A stretch of 64,000 bases of DNA from a virus. The notes beneath the pieces were generated by a model, which worked only from the letters and a program-made list of their open reading frames with translations, did no database searches and was not told the DNA's origin. Positions 49,429 through 59,704 of the stretch are shown piece after piece. Within the stretch, counting starts at the first letter, position 1. Every line of letters begins with the position of its first letter. The stretch lies in the IMG/VR virus record IMGVR_UViG_3300033141_004448, positions 2,637 through 66,636 of that record. One strand, given 5' to 3'. The position numbers and the translations under genes were made by a program.

Positions 49429-49889
49429 TTGATCACGCCCGCGTCTTCACCTATGTTATGTAAGGCAGGATAAATTGAATCTTCGTAATCGCCGGGGTCG
49501 TCAAGAAATGAAAATTTGTTCGTGCTTAACATTTCAAGCCGTCTATGATATCGCGATTCAAAGTAATCACGACCCGCTTGAAACACGCCTACATTCCAAT
49601 TCAATCCTTGTTCTTCTACTCTAAAATCACCTAACATCACGTTTTTACCTAGAAATGAATCTCCTACAAATAACCCAAGAACCATCACGGCAGTACCATC
49701 AGCAATACAACCACGTTGAAGCCATTTACCGCTATCATAAGAAATTCCTACATCAGCTTCAACTTCTGCTTGCGTTTCACGCCAAAATTCAGTAATCATA
49801 TTATCAGGAATGCGGCTTGTATCGCCGGTACCAAGTTTTCCTAACCTAAGCCGTACCACATAAATCTCATCTGATGTCGGATGCGACAA
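49425..49889 (-). CDS. Head-tail adaptor (putative)
   Basis: Follows MCP; VRLRLG...I..F helical pattern. Confidence 0.55.
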   Translation of the reverse strand: MSHPTSDEIYVVRLRLGKLGTGDTSRIPDNMITEFWRETQAEVEADVGISYDSGKWLQRGCIADGTAVMVLGLFVGDSFLGKNVMLGDFRVEEQGLNWNVGVFQAGRDYFESRYHRRLEMLSTNKFSFLDDPGDYEDSIYPALHNIGEDAGVIN

Positions 49890-49940
49890 TTATATTCACC
49901 GTATAAATAAATATTGTAGGATAAAAAAAAGACACCTACA

Positions 49941-51014
49941 TTACGAAGTTGCAAAGTCGTTACATATTTGTACAGCGTCAGTCCAAATGATTTTTCCTTT
50001 TAGCCTTTGCGTGGCAAGATATCCCTGTGCATCACGTTGAGTGTCATCGTACCTTCGTGCCGTAATCATACGGTTTTGTGCAATGATACCTGCAACCTTT
50101 CGGTCAAGCATGATCATGGTACCAGCTGGCATTTCAGAACTTACGAGAATGTCTAACACGCCCCAAAGGTTCATTACCTGACCACGCAGCGCGTTCTCAA
50201 CAAACTGAGAATTTGCTTGGAATCTTCCTGCCGCAGAACGCCATTCGTCTGTCTTCATTAACTCTCGCATCTGATATGGATGCATCACGATAGTATCAGC
50301 ATCCCAATCTTGCACGTTAATTTCTGTTAGCATGTTTAAAATTTGAACTAGCGTGATTGGCTGACTACCAGTATAATCTGTACCGTTATTTATCATTACA
50401 TTCTGAAGTTGTGTATTCTCAAGCTTTGCCATTGCTTCGCCTGCAAGTCTAACTTGTCGTGGAAACAATGCAACGCGAGCGTCTTCGATCATTTCAGTTG
50501 TAAGTTCGACACGCACGCCATATTTTTCTGGAGTTACCGTTTCTTCGGTAAATCGTTCCATTTGCTCTGGAATTTCGGCATACTCGCTAATGATAAATGC
50601 AGACACCGAATCTTTAGTTCCTTTTTGTAACGTATATGTAGTTCCTTTGAACGTTATCAGATCAAATAGTTGCCTACCGATTAAATGCGGAAATGCCGCT
50701 TCGTAGATTCGTTCAGCAATAACCTCGGGCACGAGATAAGAATAATTATCGTATGAGGTCGTTGCGGCTTCAGTGATTTTCACTTTCCTTCGTCTATCAT
50801 TGAATTGTTTGAGATCTTCAGAGATATACTCGTAATAACGATTGTAAAAAATCTCTGGAATGGCAACGCTAATGTATGACTCGCTATTCCATTTGATTTC
50901 ATTTTGAATTAAATCGTTTGCCTCTTGAATGGCGTATTCAAGCATGTATTCACGTTTATCCTTTGATGGTTTTAGGGCTAAAATCTGTTCTTTTATTTCT
51001 GCTATTGATGCCAT
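49941..51014 (-). CDS. HK97-fold major capsid protein
   Basis: YLVPEVIAERI, ISEYAEIP, KYGVRVELTTEMIED, IVMHP, VSSEMPAG. Confidence 0.9.
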   Translation of the reverse strand: MASIAEIKEQILALKPSKDKREYMLEYAIQEANDLIQNEIKWNSESYISVAIPEIFYNRYYEYISEDLKQFNDRRRKVKITEAATTSYDNYSYLVPEVIAERIYEAAFPHLIGRQLFDLITFKGTTYTLQKGTKDSVSAFIISEYAEIPEQMERFTEETVTPEKYGVRVELTTEMIEDARVALFPRQVRLAGEAMAKLENTQLQNVMINNGTDYTGSQPITLVQILNMLTEINVQDWDADTIVMHPYQMRELMKTDEWRSAAGRFQANSQFVENALRGQVMNLWGVLDILVSSEMPAGTMIMLDRKVAGIIAQNRMITARRYDDTQRDAQGYLATQRLKGKIIWTDAVQICNDFATS

Positions 51015-51024
51015 ATCATTTCAC

Positions 51025-51573
51025 CTACTTATTATCCATATTTAATGATTGCATTAGCAAAATTGCTACTGGTCGCATGTTAAATGGACTTGAAGTCGTT
51101 CCTGTTCCAGCAGTTGCTGGTGCTTCTGTATTATTCAGTGCAATGCCTAAAATTGAATCGCCTGTTGCAACCGTGCTCTTATGTACCGTCCCTAGTTTTT
51201 CATTCGTGCCTGCAAGTGAAGCCCTAACGCGATCGCCGCAACTTATTGCAGTATTAGTTTTACCTATAACCACACCTTTAAGTTGAACCGTAACTGCGTT
51301 TCCACTTGAAGCGGCACTCAATGCTATGCCGATAGTACTAAGACCTTCTTTTGCGTCAGCACCTGCGGCACAAACTGATGGTTTTTCACTAACGGTACGT
51401 GCCTTTGAGAAATTCCACGTAGAACCGCTCGAATATAATGCAACCGCGTCAAGGTACTGAATATCGTCTTCAGCTCTAAACGTGATATTACGCGCTTCAC
51501 CGAATACCGTACCTTCTTTTTGTGGCGTGAAACCACTTTCCCATTGCCACACTTCTGTGTTTGGTTTTACCAT
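51025..51573 (-). CDS. Capsid decoration/cement protein
   Basis: IGIALSAASSGNAVTV...G...AISCGD...LGIAL. Confidence 0.7.
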   Translation of the reverse strand: MVKPNTEVWQWESGFTPQKEGTVFGEARNITFRAEDDIQYLDAVALYSSGSTWNFSKARTVSEKPSVCAAGADAKEGLSTIGIALSAASSGNAVTVQLKGVVIGKTNTAISCGDRVRASLAGTNEKLGTVHKSTVATGDSILGIALNNTEAPATAGTGTTSSPFNMRPVAILLMQSLNMDNK

Positions 51574-51592
51574 AATTTTTCACCTACTTTTT

Positions 51593-52048
51593 TTACCAAC
51601 CTCTCGGACTGAAATAACCCAAAAACGTATCTCCGCTTGCAGAAGCAGCTTCGATCGCATAACCCACGTAGTTCACCATTCCAACAAGTTCACTTGCCTG
51701 CGCCATGCTACCACCAGTAATTTGATATGTCGAACCAGTAGGACTAAATGCCGAAACAAGCCCACTACCAGTATTTTCAACGACAAGTTTATTACCAGCT
51801 GATATTGCACCAGCCGAAGTAAATATTGCATAATTGTTCGGAGAAATGAATGAAACGCCTGAATTTTCACCAGCACACTCTTTCGTAGTAACCCCGTGTA
51901 CGTTACCAGAATTGAATGAACTGAGGTAAAGTTTTCCGTCATCACCATAACAAATAACTCTAAATGCCGGTAATGCCGAACCTGCTTTACTTACTTTTGT
52001 TAGCCTGTCTGCACCATTTAAATAACTTGAATTTGTCATTGTTATCAC
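51593..52048 (-). CDS. Second capsid decoration/cement protein
   Basis: AGAISAGNKL...VGYAIEAASASGD. Confidence 0.7.
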   Translation of the reverse strand: MITMTNSSYLNGADRLTKVSKAGSALPAFRVICYGDDGKLYLSSFNSGNVHGVTTKECAGENSGVSFISPNNYAIFTSAGAISAGNKLVVENTGSGLVSAFSPTGSTYQITGGSMAQASELVGMVNYVGYAIEAASASGDTFLGYFSPRGW

Positions 52049-52049
52049 C

Positions 52050-53333
52050 TTACTCTATTTTGGGTTCTTTCTTAAAGACGAGTTCGTTATCTATACAATA
52101 CTCGACAAAATCCTCCTTCAGTGGTTTATTAAATCCTAACGCGCGTTCAATGATACGTTTATGTTCAATTAATTTAATCGCTTTCCGTGCTTCCTCAGAT
52201 AAATTTACCTTTTTTTCTTTGACAATGTCTATGAATCCACCTTTATGTTGTGAGCTTTCTTCAACCGTGTTATCCTCTTTGTTATTATCTTTCACTTCGC
52301 CCAAAATTTTCATTCGGGTTTCAAGTTTTGATAATGACCACGTGAATAACTCCTTCTCACGTTCTGTCATTTTCTTTTCGGGATATGACTTTGGTAAGAC
52401 TTTAGTTTCAAGTACCGCTATTTCCCTTGCAATTCGTTGTCGTTCACGTTTTTCAAGTTGTTCCTTTTCTTTGCGGGTTTCTTCCGCTTTCTTTTGAAAT
52501 TCAGATTTTTGCTCTTTCAATATCTCGACTTCTTGAGAATGTTCTTCTTCCCATTTTTCCCGAGCTTTTCTGAGCAATTCCTGAACATCAACTTCAACTT
52601 TTTCGCTCATTGTTTTTTCCCTTTTTTCTTTTTTTTCTGATAATTTTTCAATAAATGTTGGAACACGTTCTTGTGCTATTTGAGCGGCGGGTACGCCTTC
52701 ACGGTTATATACTATTGCCAATCCTGTAAACTCGAAGTTATGAGGTATGATAGTACAAACTTCCTCACTGCCATTTTTTGACTTGTACTTCATGCCTTTG
52801 TAATGACTACATTCACCATAAACGCAACCACAAATCGAGCATTCTACCCATTCTGGTTGTGCCTCAATACTTACGTGATCGATATAACCCGACTCTAATG
52901 CCGCCGCAGAAGCGGGATTAATCATCGTATCTATCTCCATCACAAAATTCACCTGCTTGGACTCACCGAGAATTGAGGTAAGAACGCGTCCTATTGGAGG
53001 ACTAAAATGATCGTGATTAGCATTTACTTTTTGACCTTCGAGTGTAGTGTATGCCCTTTTAATTTCTTCTTCCGTGTAATTTACCAGATTACGACTGACT
53101 CCAGGTACAAGTGCCGTCCCTGCAAGATAGATATACCGATTATTTTCAGTTGAAATATCATCAACTCTTTCACAAAGAAGATCCTCTTCGTCAAAGTATT
53201 CTCGTTTCCATTTCAACTTTGTAGTCTTTGCACAAATAGCCCTTGCGGCACTATCCGCTTTGTCTTGGGACATTCCACGTTTGATCATTTGAGGAAGTAC
53301 TCTTTGAAAGCAACGTTGTAATTTGGCTGGCAT
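52050..53333 (-). CDS. Prohead protease with fused scaffold region
   Basis: SRNLVNY, NANH...IGRV, VSIEA, CSICG...CSH, GLAIV; charged coiled-coil C-terminus. Confidence 0.82.
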   Translation of the reverse strand: MPAKLQRCFQRVLPQMIKRGMSQDKADSAARAICAKTTKLKWKREYFDEEDLLCERVDDISTENNRYIYLAGTALVPGVSRNLVNYTEEEIKRAYTTLEGQKVNANHDHFSPPIGRVLTSILGESKQVNFVMEIDTMINPASAAALESGYIDHVSIEAQPEWVECSICGCVYGECSHYKGMKYKSKNGSEEVCTIIPHNFEFTGLAIVYNREGVPAAQIAQERVPTFIEKLSEKKEKREKTMSEKVEVDVQELLRKAREKWEEEHSQEVEILKEQKSEFQKKAEETRKEKEQLEKRERQRIAREIAVLETKVLPKSYPEKKMTEREKELFTWSLSKLETRMKILGEVKDNNKEDNTVEESSQHKGGFIDIVKEKKVNLSEEARKAIKLIEHKRIIERALGFNKPLKEDFVEYCIDNELVFKKEPKIE

Positions 53334-53334
53334 G

Positions 53335-53562
53335 TTATTTACCCGTTATGCTCTTTTTATGAGGAGAGATAGTTCCGGGATCTCTCTTTGATAGTGCACC
53401 TCTTTTTTGTGAATAGATATGATTGCCGTAGTTCTGGTTACCGTGTTGAGATTTAGTCCCATTTTGTGTACCAAGCCTACGGTCAATTGTATTTCCCTTT
53501 TCAGCACTCGTTCTACGGTCGCCCGCATTAGAGCCCTGATTAAGTAATGTTTTTGGACTCAT
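53335..53562 (-). CDS. Small basic low-complexity protein
   Basis: Coupled between portal and protease. Confidence 0.5.
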   Translation of the reverse strand: MSPKTLLNQGSNAGDRRTSAEKGNTIDRRLGTQNGTKSQHGNQNYGNHIYSQKRGALSKRDPGTISPHKKSITGK

Positions 53563-55196
53563 TGTTTTGTTACCTTACCTTTTTGTTTTGTTTTATCGGT
53601 CGGAGGATTAACTTTATTGCTGTTAAATCTCTGACCGAGTGAATTGGTAGTATTTTGTTGCTGTTGAATTGGATAAATGAACATATCACCATAATTCTTA
53701 ATTTCTTTCTTTTCGATAGGATCGTATGCTTTTATTGGTTCTGTCAAGCCAATCATTCGTCTTGCTTCATTCGGAGTTATCATTCCGATTGCTTGCATTT
53801 TTACTAAATTCTGTTCTTTTTTATCACGTTCAATTCGCTCGAAGCGATTCCATCGTATGTTAAGATTTTTTACTTTTCGTCTTCCCATACCCTTGAGATT
53901 AAGTTGTAACCTCAAAAGTGGAAGTATGATATTGGTAGTGAGCAGATTCTGCAATGTCTGGTTATGCATGTCAAATTCTTCAAGGTTCTCACGTGATTTG
54001 GCATCGGATTTACCTAGACCTAATGCAACTGCAGGAGTTCGTATTGTACCCAAAATTTCATCCCTTATCTCTTCAAAGTATGGCGTGAAATTCAATGCCA
54101 CTTTAAAGTCGCTACCCAATGTTTTTCCATCCACTCCATATGGCACACCAATATCACTTGAGGGATGTGTTTTCAAATTACTTATGAAACTCGTAATCTT
54201 TTCTTTTGGCATGCGAGGGATTGCTTCATTGCCGAAAATCCATAAAATTATAGGCGAACCATACCGATGCAACGTCTTCATTGCATCTGCCCAAACATTA
54301 AGCTTACGCTTAATAGTTTCCACGAGTGGATGTATGACTGAATAACCATAAGGATCTTCAATTGTAGCACCACGTTTCCAGTGTATGATTTCATCAGGAA
54401 AGAAATACTCCTGACGGTATGACGAAAATTCCCAATAACCAAAGACGTTACGTTGCTCGTCAGTTTCCACAAACATGTATTGTGGGTCGTTATGAAATAA
54501 CTTGATTATTTCATTATCAAATACAACCGGTTGAAGAAATTCATTTCCGTATGACAAATAATTTAGTATGGCATTTGTCATGTGTTCATGAAATTTAATT
54601 CTGCTATTCTCGGTAAAATCAATGAGTTCACGTTTTGCGTCTTTATTATTACATTCTATCTGAAATCCCGGTTGCATTGTTTTGTATGCACGTTCCTCAA
54701 TGGCGGCATTTACTATCGGTTCACGTTTTATGATTTTCTTTATCACGTCTAAATTTATCGGATGTGGTTGTAACGTGGTTATTTTCGTGCGATTAATTTT
54801 TGGTTTGTTTACAAATCGTTGAATGCTTTCATTTTGTATTAACTTAAATTTATGCTTTAATTGAATTAAATCGTAATATTCATGCTTTGAAAAATAACTG
54901 TTATAATTATCATATTCATTCTCTTTTAATTCCATTATTTCTCTCAGAAAAAACGTTTTGCTTATCCTTTCATTCAATTCAACGGTTGAGTTCTTAATCT
55001 TCTCGGAAATGAGATCCCTATTTTCTTTTATATATAACTCGAAACTCACGGATCTATCATTAAAAAATATATCACTACTGAATACATTTAGTTTCTCAAG
55101 GTAATGAGGTTCTCTTTTTTCCTCTATTATATAAAAGTCAAAATCACCATTTCGGAATGAAAGTAATTGCTGTGGTGTTAATTCTACGTCACTCAT
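53559..55196 (-). CDS. Portal protein
   Basis: YLSYGNEF, EIIHWK...YGYS, P..LG, ITPNEARRMIGL. Confidence 0.9.
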   Translation of the reverse strand: MSDVELTPQQLLSFRNGDFDFYIIEEKREPHYLEKLNVFSSDIFFNDRSVSFELYIKENRDLISEKIKNSTVELNERISKTFFLREIMELKENEYDNYNSYFSKHEYYDLIQLKHKFKLIQNESIQRFVNKPKINRTKITTLQPHPINLDVIKKIIKREPIVNAAIEERAYKTMQPGFQIECNNKDAKRELIDFTENSRIKFHEHMTNAILNYLSYGNEFLQPVVFDNEIIKLFHNDPQYMFVETDEQRNVFGYWEFSSYRQEYFFPDEIIHWKRGATIEDPYGYSVIHPLVETIKRKLNVWADAMKTLHRYGSPIILWIFGNEAIPRMPKEKITSFISNLKTHPSSDIGVPYGVDGKTLGSDFKVALNFTPYFEEIRDEILGTIRTPAVALGLGKSDAKSRENLEEFDMHNQTLQNLLTTNIILPLLRLQLNLKGMGRRKVKNLNIRWNRFERIERDKKEQNLVKMQAIGMITPNEARRMIGLTEPIKAYDPIEKKEIKNYGDMFIYPIQQQQNTTNSLGQRFNSNKVNPPTDKTKQKGKVTKQ

Positions 55197-55276
55197 TAAA
55201 GATAAAAGCTACAATAAGTATATATAAATGAATTACTAAAATTAGCATGTTACAAATTGTTACAAAGTGATCGGAA

Positions 55277-55552
55277 ATGAAATTAAAGACATTTGAATCA
55301 AAACTTTATTTTCATAATAAACATTCCGACATGCATTACCTAAAAGTTTCTACAGCACTCGCACGCGAGGAAGATTATCCATTTCGACCGAATAAAAAAA
55401 TAAAAAATGTTATCGTGGGTAAAGCACTAGTTTTTTACAACGAAGATGATGAAGAAGAATTACTCAAGCAAATAAACGATAACTCGACCCCAACATTCAA
55501 AGAATTGATAAAAAAGGAACAAAATAATGAAGATGTGTATTTCGAATGGTAG
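55277..55552 (+). CDS. AbrB-like DNA-binding protein (putative)
   Basis: YLKVSTALA..EDYPF...KIKNVIVG pattern. Confidence 0.45.
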   Translation: MKLKTFESKLYFHNKHSDMHYLKVSTALAREEDYPFRPNKKIKNVIVGKALVFYNEDDEEELLKQINDNSTPTFKELIKKEQNNEDVYFEW

Positions 55553-56169
55553 TAAATCCCGATGAAAGCTGGGACGATGCCTATCTTGCAAAAATACAAG
55601 TAATAGAAGAAAAATGGGCAAAACCTAATGGGCATGAACATATTTGTGGTCATCCTACAAGAAATGGCACGCCGTGTAAACGATTTCCTACTGATATGGG
55701 TGGAAAAATTATAAATGGAAGGTGTGCCATTCATGGCGGCTACCCAATGGTTTCTCATTCTGTCAAAGCAATAGTAACCAAAAACATAGATTTCATGTTA
55801 TGCGATAAATGTGCGATAAATCTTGAGGGAAGGTGTGAAGCATACAAGAAAAATCATACGTGTTCAATCGAAGCCGAGATATACCAAACATTGTGGCAAA
55901 ACCTCAATGCAATATACAAGTTCGATGATTTTCCGAGTCAAGTAATGCTCGACTCGATGATACGTGATTACATACGTAGGCATAGGGCGTGGCAATTAGA
56001 AAATGTCGTGGGCATTGAGTGGGCAATAAAAATTGGCGTGGCTAACTACTATGAACGTGCAACGGAAGCACTTGCAAAATGGTTCGATAGGTTAGGAATG
56101 ATTAAGAAATCTGATAAAAAAACCATTAGTAGCATGATGGCTACGCTATCAAAGGTGAGCAAGAAATAA
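55546..56169 (+). CDS. Terminase small subunit candidate (HGG-motif zinc domain)
   Basis: CGHPTRNGTPC...GRCAIHGG; directly upstream of TerL. Confidence 0.6.
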   Translation: MVVNPDESWDDAYLAKIQVIEEKWAKPNGHEHICGHPTRNGTPCKRFPTDMGGKIINGRCAIHGGYPMVSHSVKAIVTKNIDFMLCDKCAINLEGRCEAYKKNHTCSIEAEIYQTLWQNLNAIYKFDDFPSQVMLDSMIRDYIRRHRAWQLENVVGIEWAIKIGVANYYERATEALAKWFDRLGMIKKSDKKTISSMMATLSKVSKK

Positions 56170-56225
56170 CACTCGAGGAATCAAGTCCATTAGCAACATT
56201 ATCTCCGCAAGAATTCAAATATATC

Positions 56226-57881
56226 GTGGACGATCCCGTCCGTTTCGATCTTTTTTTTTACGGCGTGTGGGATTATTGGTATCAAAAAGGCGTAATACAA
56301 GATCTACATGACGCTATAGCGGCAGTATTCGGGAGGCAAACTGGAAAATCAGACATACTAGCAAGAAGGGAGAATTATAACGGTGCTACTAATCTGGAAG
56401 ATGATTTAATTTCAATTTTGGTTGCACCGGCACAACGTCAATCCGAAAATTTATACTCACGTTGTAAGAAATATCTCAATCGTAGCCCGATACTTCTTTC
56501 TGAATTAAAGGAAGGTCGGGTTCTAATGAAAGGCATTGAGTTTCTTAACGGATATACAATCGTAAACATGCCAATCGGTCAAAGTGCCGATAAAGTACGC
56601 GGTTTTTCTGTTGATGAACTCGTATTCGAAGAAGCCGCTTTCATACCGGGTGCGGCATACGATGCACTCACAGATTCACTTCTTTCTACCGCAGGAACTG
56701 AAATTCGTATCGGTACGCCAAATGGTAAAGCGAATCCACTTTACTTAGCATTCGAAAATGCATTTCGAATACACACCATTCCCGAAAGTAGATGGGAAGC
56801 ATGGGATATTACGAAAGATGACATGATAGTTAAAAAATTTGACAACGTTGATATGGATGATGCATGGTCGTGCCACCACTATCCTAGCCACGTAGGCTTG
56901 AATGTATATAAGGTATTCAAGGCTTACGCAAAAGAAGTGTGGGATATTGGAATGGAAGATAGACGCTTCAAGAAACGTCATCGCGGATGGAGGGTTATCA
57001 AAACTGAAAATAAACGGTATATCGGTCAATTGATCACTGACCATTGGGATGTCATCAGTAAATTTCCGCTCGAAAATGAATTACGCGTGCAATACACGCA
57101 AGTGAAAGACTTACTTGATAATGAACTCCATTTTATCGTGGGATTTCCGCAAATCAACGCAAAGAGATTGAAACGGCAACTTAAGCGACCACGTAATACG
57201 GTTGAACGCGAGAACCTAGCATTATTCTCTGATGATGATGGTGTTGTATTTCCATACGAATTTGTCGTTCGTGCATTCCGCAAAAATATATCGTTATGGA
57301 CACACCCACGACCAAACCTCGAATATTTTGGTGGCGTGGATATCGCAAAAGGTATTGGTGGCGATTATTCAGTCATTACAATTGTTGCATATAATAGGGA
57401 AGCAAATAAAATACAGCTCGTGTACCAGTGGAAATCGAATAAACGAAGAATCAAAGAAGTGAAGCAACGTGTGCTCGACTTACACAAAATATGGAAAATA
57501 AATAGGTGGTTCATTGACTCAAACACCATCGGCACGGAAACCGTTGAAGACCTACAGGACATGTTAGGAACGAATTACATAGATGGTATTGGATTCCAAA
57601 CTAAAGATAAGGCTGATATGGTAGCTAACATGGAAATGTTACTCGGAGATAATTCAAGCCCGTGTAATGTTTACATACCAAACGAATTAGAAGAATTAAA
57701 ACACCAATTTAAATTTTACACGAAAGAATTATCAAAAGACGGTAGTAAACTCAAGTATCACCATCCCGATTGGGAAGGTGAACACGATGATGAGCTTGAC
57801 TCTTTCATGCTTGCATGTTTATGTGCGAAGTCTGCAAAAGTAGTTGATTTTGACGTTTATTTTATCGATCCAATATGGTAA
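56226..57881 (+). CDS. terL: Terminase large subunit
   Basis: GRQTGKS Walker A, VRG, LVFEEAAF Walker B, GTPNG, GVDIA, HDDELDS; possible ATA start at 56166. Confidence 0.93.
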   Translation: MDDPVRFDLFFYGVWDYWYQKGVIQDLHDAIAAVFGRQTGKSDILARRENYNGATNLEDDLISILVAPAQRQSENLYSRCKKYLNRSPILLSELKEGRVLMKGIEFLNGYTIVNMPIGQSADKVRGFSVDELVFEEAAFIPGAAYDALTDSLLSTAGTEIRIGTPNGKANPLYLAFENAFRIHTIPESRWEAWDITKDDMIVKKFDNVDMDDAWSCHHYPSHVGLNVYKVFKAYAKEVWDIGMEDRRFKKRHRGWRVIKTENKRYIGQLITDHWDVISKFPLENELRVQYTQVKDLLDNELHFIVGFPQINAKRLKRQLKRPRNTVERENLALFSDDDGVVFPYEFVVRAFRKNISLWTHPRPNLEYFGGVDIAKGIGGDYSVITIVAYNREANKIQLVYQWKSNKRRIKEVKQRVLDLHKIWKINRWFIDSNTIGTETVEDLQDMLGTNYIDGIGFQTKDKADMVANMEMLLGDNSSPCNVYIPNELEELKHQFKFYTKELSKDGSKLKYHHPDWEGEHDDELDSFMLACLCAKSAKVVDFDVYFIDPIW

Positions 57882-57927
57882 AATATAAATATGAGTATAT
57901 GATTATCATACATAATAAAAACTCGAG

Positions 57928-58641
57928 GTGATAAAAATAAGTGTACTGATAGAATTAGACAGCAGAGAACCGAGTGAATTTCTTCATCACTTAAAGTCAG
58001 TATTTGACAAAAAAGATGTAAAAACACGTAAAAACCTTTTCAAGACCGAAATAAAAGCACTTAAAGTTGGCGACTTTATTATTAATAATACAATTGGAAT
58101 TGAACGTAAAGCCGCAAGAGATTTCATTTCTTCTATTTCTGACAAGCGATTATTTCGCCAAATCGAAGATCTCGTGAAAGCATACGGGCACCAAAATTCG
58201 TACTTACTTTTGGAGGGTTCACTCGAAAAAGAAATGCAATGGAGTAAAATATCACCCGAATCAGTATATGGAGCGTTACGATGGGTAGGTCAGCAATGTC
58301 ATGTAATTAACGTGTTAAACACGCAACAATCTGCAAGATTTCTCATTAATCTTGCAAAACAAATAATGAAAGACGACACGCCACGTTTACCACGAATGGT
58401 TATAAATAAACCACGTGAAAATGAAACTGATATAAAACGATGGCAAATAGCATTTCTACAAACATTACCGAAAATAGGTGCAACCGTTTCCACGAGCATT
58501 CTTAATGAGTATGGTTGCCCGAAAGCATTCTTTGATGATATTACTGACGGAAAAATCCCAAAATCCAGAATTAACAATAAAGAAGAAGCAATAAAAATAT
58601 GGAAATCTATTTTGACAGAAGTCGTGGAGGAAAAATTATGA
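57928..58641 (+). CDS. ERCC4/XPF (Hef-like) nuclease with HhH domain
   Basis: DSRE, VGDF, IERK...DF..SI.DKRLF.Q, LLLEG, LPKIG. Confidence 0.9.
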   Translation: MIKISVLIELDSREPSEFLHHLKSVFDKKDVKTRKNLFKTEIKALKVGDFIINNTIGIERKAARDFISSISDKRLFRQIEDLVKAYGHQNSYLLLEGSLEKEMQWSKISPESVYGALRWVGQQCHVINVLNTQQSARFLINLAKQIMKDDTPRLPRMVINKPRENETDIKRWQIAFLQTLPKIGATVSTSILNEYGCPKAFFDDITDGKIPKSRINNKEEAIKIWKSILTEVVEEKL

Positions 58642-59153
58642 GCATTGTCAGAACATGTGAATACTGTAATGAAGAATTTTATACCGAAAGTAAAAATTCA
58701 AAGCGAAAATATTGCAGTAGTAAATGCAGAAAAGAAGCACGTAAAAAGAAGTTAAGAGAAGAGAAAGAACTGGATAGTGAACCAATTCTTGATTTTAAAA
58801 TGGAAGACATTCCACCAAAAGAACATTTCACGGTAAAAACCGGAAATGAAAAACGTAAAGATAAACCGGTATCATTGTTATTTCTATGCAACCAGTGCAT
58901 TATCAAAAAATATAATCCCATAAAAAAGAAGTTGATCGTGCCAGGACACCAACTACTCGGCACGTATTACGGCAAATGCCCTTCGTGCGGAAAGGAAGTG
59001 CCATTCAATCCAGAAATGTCTGCTAACATGCGTGCATTTGTACGAATACCGCCAAAAGACGAAGCACCATTAAACGATGACGATATTCGTGCATGTAAAA
59101 AAATATACAAACACTATGCTGTTGTATCACGGAATAAGTTGTATGGAAAATGA
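58599..59153 (+). CDS. Zinc-finger protein
   Basis: CEYC...YCSSKC; CNQC...CPSC. Confidence 0.6.
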   Translation: MEIYFDRSRGGKIMSIVRTCEYCNEEFYTESKNSKRKYCSSKCRKEARKKKLREEKELDSEPILDFKMEDIPPKEHFTVKTGNEKRKDKPVSLLFLCNQCIIKKYNPIKKKLIVPGHQLLGTYYGKCPSCGKEVPFNPEMSANMRAFVRIPPKDEAPLNDDDIRACKKIYKHYAVVSRNKLYGK

Positions 59154-59704
59154 AATTAATGAATAAACAGGTATTATCAATCGACAATCATGACATACCA
59201 AAGCATTGTAGTAGGATCAATCAGATAATTTCGCTTATCACGGAAGCGGATGAAGAAAAGAATAACCGCTTCAAAATGGAGTATGAACTACTACGTGAGT
59301 CTAACGATGGTTATGTTATAATGATAAATAATCTCCGTTCTGAGATTTCTAAATTAAAAGAAACAATAAAATCATTAAAATGGGAAAACAACGAGAAACA
59401 AGAGAAAATAACAAGACTTAAGGTAAAATTACAAAAAATAAAAACTACTAAAAATCACAACGAAAAAGGATTATTAAAGAAGATTTCCGACCTGAATAAA
59501 GAAAATGATACAACGCTTTCAGAATTAAGACGAATGGTAAAACGTAATAAAGAATTCTATGATGAAACTGTAGAACTCAAGAATGCTTTGAGTTCCGAAT
59601 TTAGCATTGTAAGTTCCACGGTACGTAAAATGCTGATTGACAAGATAACATTTACCGAGTTCATGAAAAATAAAATAAAAAATAAAATTAACGAGCTGTT
59701 CTAA
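59150..59704 (+). CDS. Coiled-coil protein
   Basis: Long heptad pattern. Confidence 0.6.
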   Translation: MKLMNKQVLSIDNHDIPKHCSRINQIISLITEADEEKNNRFKMEYELLRESNDGYVIMINNLRSEISKLKETIKSLKWENNEKQEKITRLKVKLQKIKTTKNHNEKGLLKKISDLNKENDTTLSELRRMVKRNKEFYDETVELKNALSSEFSIVSSTVRKMLIDKITFTEFMKNKIKNKINELF

